Source: Isurus oxyrinchus
Taxonomy: Eukaryota
Length of the DNA stretch: 64,000 nt
Assembly: GCA_026770705.1 (NCBI GenBank)
Contig: JANJGN010000192.1
Span: 496,001-560,000 of the forward strand
Reading direction: 5' to 3'
Under the pieces are notes generated by a model. That model worked only from the letters and a program-made list of their open reading frames with translations, did no database searches and was not told the origin of the DNA. This document shows positions 52,171-64,000 of this stretch, piece by piece (within the stretch, counting starts at the first letter, position 1; the number at the start of each line of letters is the position of its first letter). Made by a program: the position numbers and the translations under genes.

Positions 52171-55100
52171 TTAACTTTTTGTGTAGAATTATTATCTAAT
52201 TCCCGCAGGGAAATATCTGGCTTTAATTCTTTGACTGTGACCCTGGGTCAGTGGCAATAGTTTATGCACTGATCTTACCCGTTCAACGTTATAAAGAAAA
52301 TGTACCGAATCCCTCCAGCCATCATGAGGAAAGACTTCAGTAAAGGGACAGTCAGTGGATTAAATATACGGGCTGACCAGCGGTTTAGTGACAGAAATTG
52401 AAGAGGTTTAGGAGAGAGTTCAAGGGCAAACAGAGTTACAGGAAAAGAAAACGAAAGATTGGCGAGGAGTAAGAGAGAGGAATATGAATGGCATTCACCA
52501 TCTTTCATATTTTCACAGAATCACAGTGCAGAAGAGGCCCTTCGGCCCATCGAGTCTGCACCAACACGTGAGAAGCGCCTGACCTACCTACTTAACCCCA
52601 TTTACCAGCACTTGGCCCATAGCCTTTTACAAAGGTGACCAAAGTAATGAAACCTAGGGTTACCTTCTCGCATTCACAAATGAAACCGAAAAGGTGGTTC
52701 AATGTGGTACTGTAGGGGTGCCGCCTTCCTTCAGTTACTTCAGAGGCAAGGATGAAATGATACGCTCTCTCAGTGAACTCTCTTTGTTTCAATTCCAAGC
52801 TGGATTTATAATGCTTCATTACCCAAAAATTTACATAATTGTTGAATATTAGAAATTGAGTTGCCCCGTGGTCAGGACAATTACATCTTGAAGAATTCCT
52901 CCTGAGACTAGTGGCTCCATTTCTCAATGAGAAAATGTGCCAACAGTGAAATCTCCGTATTTAATACTCACACTAAACTTCCAGGAAATCTGCCAGTGTC
53001 GGCGATCGTCAGGCTTCCGATTTATTTCTCTATTTCAATTATTTATTTATTTCAGGATTTTTGTTTGTTGAAGCATCCCCGCCAGGCTGGCCGGCAATAC
53101 GCAGTTCAAAATTACTCCAATTTTTTTGAATTTGGGTGTAACATTTTCAATCCTCCACTGCTCTGGAACCAATGGGTGACCCTCTCTCTCTGTCTCTCAC
53201 CAAATATCGATCGTTACCTGCCCTTCTCTCTTACAAATTTTCACAATTGCACTTTGCGGTTTTATACATAATTGATTGCTTTTACAATTATTCTCATTTG
53301 AGTGATTCGGATTTATGAGAACACTGTATACAATAACAATACGATGAATAATTGTGTATTATAGTTATGTAGATGAATGTTGCTTACAGTATTCCAGATG
53401 CGATTAATTTTGAGCTCGATATCTGTGTCAGGAGGGTGCAGAACACATTTGTATGGCGGGCTGTCGGCGAGCTCCAGTCCAATGTTTGTGGTAGAAACTC
53501 TTTGTAGGGACTTCAGTCTGGCTCGAATTGTTTAGATAACAATTTACTTTTGAATTATTGGAAATACTAATCCAGTTGCATTATGCCATCTAATTGGCAT
53601 AAGTCCTGGTCTCTCTGATCCACTGCTTGTGTGCATGCTCACGGGAATATCAAGGATGAGGGCGTGATGTGACCTCTCAGTGTGACCTAAGTTCACATTA
53701 TGGAGAGAGAGCTCCACAAGTACTCACCCCCTTTTTACCTTCAGGTCTGCTGTCGGAGGCCCCATTACGCTTCAAGGGAGCAACATTGTGCCGCATGAAC
53801 TGCAGCTTTCCAGGATTCACAGCTTCAATAGAAAGAGTAAAGTCACAGATTAATGTCTACCCAGAGGAATCGAAGGGCTATAAATTCAGCAGTTATGGGG
53901 TGAGGATGGCTAAAGAGGGGGCAGGGGTGATACACATTAATTGAATGACATCCAAGTGCAAACCTTTACCTGGGTTAAGAGTGGTCAGTTCCAAGTTTAC
54001 AGAACACCGTTTACAGGTGCCTGAAACAATACATCATAAGGTGCAGCAATCAAGCACTGTAGTGCCATGTCCTTGCCCAACTGTTCAATTCAGCCCGCCG
54101 CCTCTCCTGCACTGTATGCGGGTGACGATTATCCTGTCTCAGGGCTTCAATTTCATCCAACGTCCCTCGTAGGGCCAAGTGTGCTTGTACATCTGCCACA
54201 CCTCGGAGTCTGACCCCTATTATGTATGGAGATGAGTAAAGTGGTGTTGGATCTGTGAAGCTGGGCAGGCCTTGTCCATTTAGCACCCATGTACGTTCAG
54301 TTGTTACCCAGTGATGCTCAGCCTTTTGTGGCTGCGAATGCAGCTGGGGAGCTTCTCTGTATCTCATTGCCTGATGTGGCTGTTTTCATTCTGACTGGGG
54401 GTAAACATTGAGCCTCAGCCTCGTGCTGCCTTGTCCCCTTCCCTCTGGCTGGCTCATTCAGCTCCTTTCTGCTGGCACTGTGTGCAGTGCCCGTTATCAT
54501 CAATGCTGATCATTGCTCAGTTCCTCTGGTGGGGTTTGACACAGTTCTGGCTGTAGGTGGTTCCACCTCCTCCTCATCCTCCAGCTTGGCCATTATCCAT
54601 GCACACAGCATTCGGCTAGTCTCCAACCTAGGCCCGAGTGAATGGCACTGTTTTCCCTTTCCCTCTGGAGGGCCACTCCCAGTGCCATGGAGTCCAGTGG
54701 CAGGAGGCTGCACACTGCCCTTGGTCATCACATTCTTCACCTACAGTGCGCTCGCTCCTGTAGCACAGTGAGCAGCAGTGTCCAGCTGCAGTTCAACAGC
54801 TCCTTCCTTAACTCTGCAAAATTAATATTGGAATGTCTCGGAAATCAGTCACCTCATAATGAATAAGATTGACTAAAAGATTCTTTGTATCACGCTTATC
54901 ACAGATATTAATATCTGAATCTGTAACAGTGCAACGGTCACTGCCTTGGGCTGTGCTTTGCAGACAAAACATATATCATGTCCCTGAGTTCATTACCAAA
55001 TGATCAACTTTGACCTGTAGACACTCACTAAACGGAAGTATTGAAAAAAACAATTGTGCAGGCAGAATAGTAAACATTTTTCTGTCCAGTTTTAACCTGT

Positions 55101-58100
55101 TTGGCATGTTCCCAGGCCTATTCATTTGTTTAGTTTCACCCTGTCAAATGGGCTCAAGTTCACATTTTATGTGCTACAACAGAAGAAAATAAAAATCCTA
55201 TCACTTACTTTCAAAATTGTCCTGAAGTAATTCCCTCTTCTCTGTCAGTTGACCAGGCGCGTCCAACCTTCCTCTCGATCCTTCTGCTCGCTCATGACAG
55301 ACACGGCACAAACCTGGTCAGCAGCTCCGCGATCCAGAGAACCAGACATAACTGTTGGGTCGCTGCGGCTGGATCTGCCGGGGGTGCCGAGTGCTCAGCA
55401 GCACTAAAGTCACTGATGTCCATACAAGAGGTCCTGATATGGCCAAAAAGCATGATAATAAAAGCGGAAAAGTCTAGTAAGAACCAGCTGATAGAGTAAG
55501 AATAGTTAATGACAGAAAGGACTGAAAATTAATGGCGGGAAGCAAAAACATCTGGGAACACTTAATGACAAGAATTGGGGTGACTGGACCATATTTTGTG
55601 ATCTCTATTTGAACGTAAATGTTTCTAGGCCATTTTTAGCTGGATGTAATTATTAGACTTCAAGGGGGTGAAAACAGTCTGTCTACTCTTGACTGGAAAA
55701 ACAGTCTGTCCACTCTAAACTTAATTGAAGAAAACATCTCTCTATGTCTGGAGATAATACTGAGAAATGTTGCAAAATTTGATAATGTTTGATCAAATTT
55801 CGAGCACTATTTGAAGAGGTTCCTACAGTTGAGATAAAAAGATGTAGCGAGGATCATCTCCCGAATGTGCTGGAGGTTTTGCAGGCCGCTTTGTTGTGAG
55901 GACTGGCCTGTAGTCATTTTTTTTTTCTTGCTCTGCATCCAGAAAGCAGGGAGTCCAATTTCTAGCCAAGGATGCATCATGCAGGCTGATTTACCTAAGG
56001 GCCGAGTGCTCCATTACTAGCGGCCTCATCATGTGGAGGAGGTTTCAAACTGCAGTAGCCATGCCCCCGCCTCCTTAAAGATCACATTCCAAGTTAAAAG
56101 CAGAGAATTATCTTACCTTTACGTATCAGGTTAACGGACCATTTATTTCAAATAAAATCCGAAAAAAACACGATGTTTGCCTCAAGCCAGCTCTTCCTGC
56201 CACCCCCTCAGCGCTCACCCCTGCCCCCACAACCCCGCCGCCGCCGGGCCCTCTAAACCAACTCCATGCTGGCCTTGCTTCCATTCTCCCACCCCATATA
56301 TACATGCTGGCCTGGCTCCCCCCTCCCCATTTCCATGCTAGCCTCCCCACCCCTTCCCCAGAAGCTCCAATATAGGCCTCAATCTCTCGCATTCTCGGCC
56401 CCACTCACTCTCGATCCACATGGAGCAGCTCCACTTACTGATCACAAGCAGAAATGTGGCACACACCAGCACAGGAAGTGGAAATGCCCCTGGAAGCAGC
56501 AGGTACTGAGGGAGTGGCTTCTGGATCACGCAAAGGATTTTTAATGTGACCACCTTTGTGCGGCTGGGAGAAGCAGAGGCCATTAGCCATCTTCCAAGGT
56601 ATAGGCTGCATTCCCACTGCTTGTCCCGATGCAAGAGGGGATGAGATGATGGTTAGAAAACTATCAATACGCAGGGATGCGGGGAGAAGGCAGAAGAATG
56701 GACCTTGTTCAAATGTTTATGTTTTAAAATCCTTTCTTGTTTGTGATTCACCCTGTTATCACTTTCAAACTTTACCGGGCAGGAATAACTTCCCATTCAC
56801 AACAATCCCTGAGCCGAAACATTTCTGAAAGCGACAGATGAAACTTGAACAACCGTCAGAGTAGATGGGGAAGTAAGGATCACACAAATGGAGGTAAGAA
56901 AATTAGTTGTGAAGGGGACGGAAGGATGTAGATCTGTTACATGATTGGACAAAGAGATGGCAAACGGGGTGTAAAGTAGGAAAATGTGAGTTTGACCATT
57001 TTGGCAGGGCAAACAAAAAAGGGGCACATATTATAAACGGTGAGAGGTTGCAGAGCTCGGATTTACAGAGGGATCTGGGTGTCCTACTACATGAAAGATT
57101 TTGTTCCTTTCTGCTGTTAAATTTTCGAAAGCCATTGAAATTCGCACAGTCCCGGGTGCCAGAATGGTTGCTCTTGAGAAGGGTCACATTCGCTGAAAAA
57201 GCCTCAGTTTCGTTTTAAACCTCTTTCACTTCTGCAGTGGTCACGTGGTCTTATCCATTCACTGACCTGCTCTCTTCTTTTCGACTAAAATCTCAAATAC
57301 AACTCAATCTTCCCGTTTTATTGTCACTTCAGAGCTGGCAGCAGAGTGATCCTTTAACAGGGAAATCATTTTGCTTCACACACGATGGGCACAGAAATCA
57401 GGCGTTGAGAGCGGACACAGAAACACAGGAACATCATTTTAACCCGCCAGCCCATTTCACACACTCTGTCTTACATAATGTTCACATCTGCACATTAACA
57501 GGACAAACTTCCCCCAGATTGACAATTCTCGGGATAGGCTTCCTATTGCACTCGGCCTCTGCTGTGGATTCTCCGGAGTTATTTGTAGTTTCGCAGCTCT
57601 ACTCAAAGTGTCTGGTCCCCACATTCAGGGGCTGAAACGCGTCACAGCTCTGGCTGGATTAACACAGGTCTAATTTTACATTATTAGATTATTCACAGCC
57701 AGCAATATGTTTAGTTAATATGAAAATACAAATGTTGTGCTCTGGCCCTTCAGTAAGCGTATCCCACGTTGTTTTATAGGGCAAGGGAGAAAAGTGAGAG
57801 AGGGCGGAGTGAAAGTCAAAGTCAGGGTGAGTTCAGGCAGTGAGACACAGACAGTCAGGCAAAGTATCGGTTGCAGAATACGTTGTTGAATCCAGTTTTA
57901 CGAATATACAATTGGAAAGGTAGAAGACGCTGTCTCATTTCTCATTGATATTTTACCAGAGAAAAATACATTATTAATCACACACTCAGGGTCAGTGCCA
58001 GAGAGTGATCTAAAGCCTCATAGGTAATCCCGTTTTCCCTGTTGTAATCTCTGCAGTCTTGCAGGTGAGTGTTGCTGGGTATTGCTCTCAGTGACGGAGT

Positions 58101-58480
58101 GTTTCACTTCGATTAACTGAATCTTGGGGTCTCCCTGTCAAATATTAACTATTTCAGGGTTCCAGCAAATCACTACCTCTGTCATTCCTCCCATGTTTCT
58201 GCAGGATTGCTTTGTGAAGATGGGCTCGTGAACAGCAAATCCCCTGCAGGGAATGATGCCAAACTGGAGCTCGTAAATTGACAAGCCCCTCACTTTTCAA
58301 TGTACTGTGATCTTTTCCCTTTCCCAATACTTTTGCTCAGATAGTGATCTAAGTGAATTGCAGAAAATGTTGATTTTACTTGCTGATTTACAGCAGACAT
58401 CCACACGTGAGGTATTTGGTGCCACCCGAACGCTGATTGTTCGTGAGTCAGAGATTGTTCGTGACAGATGCAGTATCAAT

Positions 58481-58675
58481 GCCACACTCACGGGTAGTAA
58501 GTGAGACTGATATTTACACATCTAATCCCACAATCATAGATAGTACCAGAGACTGACGTTGATAGAATGAATCCCACGATCGTAGGTAGCACCAGAGACT
58601 GATATTTACAGAATTAATTCCACAATCACAGATAGTGCCAGAGATTGATATTGATAGAATCAATCCACACTCAGA
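58481..58675 (+). repeat. 46-bp minisatellite, ~4.2 units
   Basis: Paralogue of 49222-49554. Confidence 0.9.
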
Positions 58676-59311
58676 TGAATAGTGAAACTTTGCAGGATTA
58701 CAGGGAGCAGCATTCGGTGAATTGCACCTTCAGAGGGCCAGCACAGATTTGACAGCCCGAATTGCCTCTTTCTGTGTTGTAGCTATTCCATGATTCAAAT
58801 GGAAAAATACTGGAAGAACTTAGTAGCTCTGGAAATTTTGACGTTTCGATAGCTGATCTTTTCGTTGAAACTTCAATCGACTTGAAATGTGAATCCTCCC
58901 TTCATTTCTCCACAGATGCTGTCGGAGCACAGATGAGTGTTTCAGCAAATACTGTCATTATTTCAGATTCCCAAATTGAGCAGTGTCTCGCTTTTTGAAC
59001 AATAAAACAACCCCTGTGCGGGAATCCATATTCAAATAATAAATGGGAAGCAACAGACGGGAAAATTTCAGATAATTGGCGAATTTTACTAAATCAGAGT
59101 AATTCTATTCCTGCTAAAGGCTGCAGTTCAGGGAATGTCTTCATTATCAGCAACAAGGAATAAACCTGAGTTACATTGCAAATGGATGAGAAGGTTGGAA
59201 ATATTTTTTTATAAAAATTGAACCGGCTCGTATTTTTGGAACAGAATTTCACCGAAACAGATCAAATTCAGCTGCGAACTCCATATGTGAGGGGTATAGA
59301 AACTAAGAGAC

Positions 59312-59383
59312 TGCGGCGGCCGAGAATCAAACCCATCTCAATTCCTTACAAGGGTGTTGTTCTTACCACTATACCAACATCAC
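59312..59383 (-). pseudogene. tRNA-Gly-derived pseudogene (paralogue of 50202-50274)
   Basis: Reverse complement gtgatgttggtatagtggtaagaac...gggtttgattctcggccgccgca; same position in the duplicated block. Confidence 0.7.
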
Positions 59384-59892
59384 TAGCTGCCAAGGGCAAA
59401 ATGGACTGGAAAGTTCCAAGCCTCTGAACAAGGGCGTTATCATTAAAAAAAAAGCAAAGTTAACGTTGAGCCACTGAAGGAGGTATCACATCGATCATAA
59501 AAACTGGATCCTCCCCCTCCCATTGCAGGTTCCTCTCCAGCTTTAAAACGGGCATTTTGCGGGCAGCAGGACTTTCAGCTCTTAGCTCAAACTGCAAAGA
59601 TTAGTATCTATACGCCTGACTGTGCAGTTCTTTTCTACATCAAATTTCAATTCTTTCCTTTGCCTACTTGAATGAGACCCTTTAGGACTGCATTCATCCA
59701 CGGTGTAGTCACTGATCTCTTTTATGTAAGCTGCAAGCAATTACTTCCTGTTGGACAAGCGCAAGCATTGAGGCTCGTGCATTGCTACTTGCTGGATCCA
59801 GTTACTTGCCTCACTGGTAGTCACTCCCTCCTGTCTTTGACCGCACACCAATTCTGAAGTACATACAGTCATGATCCTTAATGTTCTAATCC

Positions 59893-61170
59893 TGTCACAT
59901 GAAGCGAATGTGCCAGTTATAAGTGAGAGGTTCTGTTATTAGTTGGGGGAATGGTGGTACATTATTATTAAGCATATAAATGAATTGGTTTCCACCCATG
60001 TGGATGGAAGGAAAATTAAGTTTGTGTCTGTGTTCTCTGGGATTTGTGACTAAGCCAATGTTAAGAAAGACTGGCTCCATATTCCTCCTTTACTCAAGGA
60101 ATGAGTATCAAATTGCACCATGGTTCCAGAGAATGAACGTCGAGCTATAGTGGCTGTAAGCTGACTAAGCATTCTTTGTATCTAGTTCTGACAGAGGTAT
60201 TGCTCCAGGAAATCTCTGGTGAAAAATGGCTGAAGCCAGAAGCAAATTTTTACCCTTTGTTTGCAATTGTTTTCGGTAATTTGAACCGTAGAAGCAGTGG
60301 AAAATGAGGTGGGAATGTGTACTTGAGTTCCCTCGTTTTCCAGGAGGAAGAAGGGCACTGCTTTGAATTCGGCAGCACCAGGAAACAATAAGGTTCGGAG
60401 TCAATTATTTTTGGAGCTGGTTTGGGCACTGAGGAGGGACTAACTTTTCTATGGCAACTGTTGGATAGGTTTTATATTGAAGGTGATTTGTTAGAAGTCT
60501 ACGGAGCATGGTCAACATTTGATGAATTTGTGATGACAGACCATCAGTCCATGGAAGAGTATATTCTGGAATTTAATAAATGTTATGAGAGATTAACAAA
60601 GTTTGTCCTAAATGTTTCGAGTCTGTGTTTCTATTTAAGTTATGAGATTGTACCCAAATTTCACATATTTCTAGCAATGACGGGGTTTCCCCTACATGGA
60701 GCAGACTCTTTTAGAACAAATGGCTACTTTCCTGAAAAAAACGGGAATTCATTCACTTCTGACCATTTTCAGTTTAATTGCAGATACCTCTGCATTGATT
60801 AAAAGTATGGAGGCCTCCATGATTGCTGAATTTCGAGATCGACTGAAGCTAGGTGCTGGCATCAGTGCAACTACAGAGTTACTGATAGGCAGAATGAAGA
60901 TGGCTGCACTTTTAGCCACTTTTGGAATTCTGAGCAAAAGTGGGCCTGGAATGGCAGTGGAGACGCTTTAACCCTAGAAGTTCATGAGGAATGATAAACA
61001 GTTGTTTGTTGTGATTCCCAATATATTGTCCAAAGCACAAAAATCGAGTATTTTAGGCAACATGTGAAATGGAGAAGACCGACGTTGAGTATGATGATGA
61101 TTAGCCTGAGATTTTCTATTGGTTGATAGAAGCTTGAGGCAGAGATGAGCATTTTGGTAGATGTGCAGTG
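59893..61170 (+). mobile_element. Degraded LTR retrotransposon 5' part (LTR-like plus gag, probably Ty1/copia-like)
   Basis: TG-starting AT-rich segment, then gag GTEEGLTFLWQLLDRFYIEGDLLEVYGAWSTFDEF....SMEEYILEFNKCYERL, and a decayed NP..G..N.C..DS zinc-knuckle region at ~60970-61030. Confidence 0.6.
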
Positions 61171-61224
61171 CTGCAGGGCGATACCAGATTCTGCCTCGCC
61201 TATTCATATGTTTTGTGGTATAGA

Positions 61225-62990
61225 GACAGAATCACAGAAATATTACAGTGTAAGAATTAGGCCATTCGGCTCATCGTGTCTGCAGCAGCTCTGTGAATGA
61301 GCACCTCATCTAATGTCATTTCCCTGCCTTCTCCTCGTAACAGTGAAAATGTTTGTTTTCGAAAAAAAACACCCAATTCACTCTTAAATGCCTCGATGGA
61401 ACCTGCCTCCACAGACCTTCAGGCAGTGCATTCCACACCCATCCACTCATTGGTTAAAAAAGTTATTACCTCATGTTACTTTTGTTTTGTTTTACCAATT
61501 ATCATAAATCTGTGGTCTCTTTTTGTTAATATTCCTTCCACCAATGGAAATTATCCCTAACTTCCCTCTCCAGTCTCCTCAGGATTTTGGATACTTCTAT
61601 CAAAACTTCTCCCAGCTTCTTTTATCCAAAGAAGAGTGTTTCAATTTCTCCTACCTCTCGTCATAACTAATGAATCCTACACCATAATCCCGTAAATCTC
61701 TACTGCTCTCTCTCGCCAATGACTTAAATCCTTCCTAAAATTTGAGGCCCGAGACTGACCGCAGAACTCTAGTTGAGGTCTTACAAGAGCTCAACATAAC
61801 CTCATTGATTTTGTACTCTATGTTCTTATTAATAATGGCGAAAAAACTTTATACTTTATTAAATGCCCTGTCAACCTATCCTGCCACGTTTAACTATATT
61901 TACACATATACACCTATATCCCTTCGCTCCAGAACCTCCCTTGCACTTGTATACTTTACTTTATATGCTCTTTTTACCAAAATGTACCGGCTCACATTTC
62001 TCTACTTTGAATTCATCTGCCACTTATAAACCAATTCCAACAACTTGTATGTGTCCTTTTGCAGCTCTAAACTGTACTCCCCACAAGGCTTTCAAGTTGT
62101 GCATCGTCCGAAAATTTTGAAATTGTTCCCTGTGCACCAAGGTGAAGATCATTACTTTGGTTCAGGCGAGGGTGCCATGCGGACGTCTGGGGAAATCCAG
62201 CATAAGCCATCCTCCAGCCTCAAAAACATGCATAAACCATTACTATCTGCTCCCTGTCACTCAGCCAATTTTGTAAACATGTTGCTACTGTTCCATTTAT
62301 TTCATTAGCTAAATTTTTTCTCTCACATGCCTGTTGTGTGGCACTGTATCAAATGTGTTCAGGAGTCCATGTACATCAACAACTTTGTCTTTATCGACCC
62401 TGTGTGTTACTTTAAAAAAAAACTTCAGTATGTTAGTTAAATATGATTTCGCCATCAGAAGTCTATGCTGGTTTCCTTAAATAACTCTCATTTGTCTACC
62501 TCTATTATTTCTGAGCTAATTGTACTTTCTAGAAGTTTACGATCAGCAAATTTAAACTGACAAAACTGTAGCTTAATTCCTTGACACTTCTTTGAACAAG
62601 GGTGCATTGTTTGCAACTTTCCAGTCATCTAGGGCGATCCTTGAATCTACATAAGACTGAAACTTTATAGCCAGTGCCCCAAAATATTTACTCTCGCTTC
62701 CCTCAGTGTCCTTAGATACACCTCAAACTGTCACTGTGCTTTGACGACTTTCAATGCAGTTAACCTATCCAATACTCTCCCCTTATCAATTTTAAGCCGT
62801 TTAGTGACTTTTTTTCCTCTCCTGTTTCACTGTGGCCTAGCCAGCATATTCTTCCTTCGTAAAGTCAGGTGCAAAGCATTCATTTATTATATCAGATGCC
62901 CTGCCCTCCCTGCAATCCTTGGCCCCCCGTGTAAACCCACTTTCTGGTCCCTAATCAGCCCTGCCCTCCTTCTACAGAGGAGCAATTTAT
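61225..62990 (-). mobile_element. CR1 LINE fragment (RT to 3' tail)
   Basis: Tail acagaatcacagaaatattacag...ggccattcggctcatcgtgtctg, plus reverse-complement RT blocks (ttgaattcatctgccac, gtggcactgtatcaaatg, tttgaacaagggtgcattgtttgcaac). Confidence 0.8.
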
Positions 62991-63437
62991 GATGGATCAA
63001 GGGTTAGTTGTCGATAGAAAATGTTGTCAAAAACGTGTCAGGACGTCTGCACAGTTTGGGATGTGTAACAGCAACTTAAATTCACTGCAGTGGACATTGC
63101 AATTTTTGGGACCTTAGCTGTTTACTAAACTGGCGCTTTTTATTGCAATTCCTGCTGTGCAACGGAGTTAAAGCCAAAACAGAGAGGTTTTGCCAACCGT
63201 TGTAACATGTTAATGACTGTTTTCCACGTACCCTGAGTGGCAAGCGCGCTGCTATAGGAAGAAACAATTCTAATCCCCGTAGAAAATCAGCAAACATGAA
63301 ACACATGATACAAAGTGGGACAATGTTTATGATATAATTTAAATAAAACAACATATTGTCGTGGCAGCAGAAAGGGCACATTCAAACCTGGAACACTGGC
63401 GAAAATTTAACTATGGTCAGAGTAGGAAGATTTGGTT

Positions 63438-64000
63438 TCATTTTGCATTTGTTTTTATCAGTATCAGAATAATTGTCCAAGGAGATTTCACTATCTTCTT
63501 CAGATCTTCCCTGAATTTCGTTTGTGTAGCTGCATAAAGAAACGCGTTTGTGCAGGAACTCAAATACATGAGCATTTGTCCAGTTTGAGTGGCGATGTAT
63601 GCAGGAGCTGTATTATCCGGTCGTACATGAATGACCATACCACTGACTAATGTACAAACGACTGTTGTCAGCCACAACAGTATAAAAGTGCCCGATACAC
63701 TGAACAGTAATATAATCGATTTTCTTCTGTTGTGTATTTCCGGATCACTGTGATTCTCGCTGCTGTGACCCCGGAGCTCCTTACGGGCTCGACTGGCGAC
63801 TAAAATCTGTCTGACTGTCAAACAATTAAACAGTAATATCAAAGTGAAAGGAATCCAACTCAATAAAATACTTTGTAGCCAAGTAAATGTTACACCAAAA
63901 GGAGATGTATAAAATTCTAGGCTGGGTTGGAAACCCCAGTGAACATTGTCAATTATTCGCTTAGGTTCAAATGCAAACCAAATCGGGACGCACTGTAAAC
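63438..64000 (-). CDS. Class A orphan GPCR, GPR139/GPR142-like (TM4 end to C-terminus; 5' part outside the window)
   Basis: Frame open from the window edge: LQCVPIWFAFEPKRIIDNVHWGFQPSLEFYTSPFGVTFTWLQSILLSWIPFTLILLFNCLTVRQILVASRARKELRGHSSENHSDPEIHNRRKSIILLFSVSGTFILLWLT...LMYLSSCTNAFLYAATQTKFREDLK...*. Three hydrophobic helices (TM5-7) plus helix 8. Confidence 0.88.
   Translation of the reverse strand, partial: LQCVPIWFAFEPKRIIDNVHWGFQPSLEFYTSPFGVTFTWLQSILLSWIPFTLILLFNCLTVRQILVASRARKELRGHSSENHSDPEIHNRRKSIILLFSVSGTFILLWLTTVVCTLVSGMVIHVRPDNTAPAYIATQTGQMLMYLSSCTNAFLYAATQTKFREDLKKIVKSPWTIILILIKTNAK

Larger units (their letters stand above)
53610..59510 (+). repeat. ~6-kb segmental duplication, copy 2 (lacks the H3.3 insert, has extra 57340-58140)
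   Basis: Colinear with 44370-50410. Confidence 0.9.

Noticed and set aside
54050-54800. Minus-strand ORFs conserved between the two 6-kb duplicates as a host gene
   Set aside because: Frames are broken differently in the two copies. More likely a decayed LINE ORF1-like sequence, but I cannot assign it with confidence.

Overview
Repeat-rich, gene-poor vertebrate DNA, most likely from a shark or other chondrichthyan. This is inferred from the CR1/L2 LINE remnants, Penelope-type inverted-repeat elements and the GPR139/GPR142-like receptor family. There is one 211-nt assembly gap. The only apparently intact protein-coding sequence is the 3' part of a GPR139/142-like class A GPCR on the minus strand at the right edge. 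The only clearly intact RNA gene is tRNA-Ile(AAT) at 37971-38044. The rest is a decaying, repeatedly duplicated mosaic: about a dozen tRNA relics (Lys, Thr, Ser, Arg-type, Asp, Gly), several GPR139-like pseudogene fragments, and two H3 pseudogenes of different origin (a replication-dependent 3' fragment with stem-loop and an H3.3 retrocopy). It also holds a ~2.2-kb tRNA cassette in several copies, a ~6-kb segmental duplication, and a degraded Gmr1-type Gypsy element with PR-INT-RT-RH order. I see no well-supported novel system; the best leads concern co-duplication of GPCR and tRNA genes. All homology calls are by eye, and repeat boundaries are approximate.
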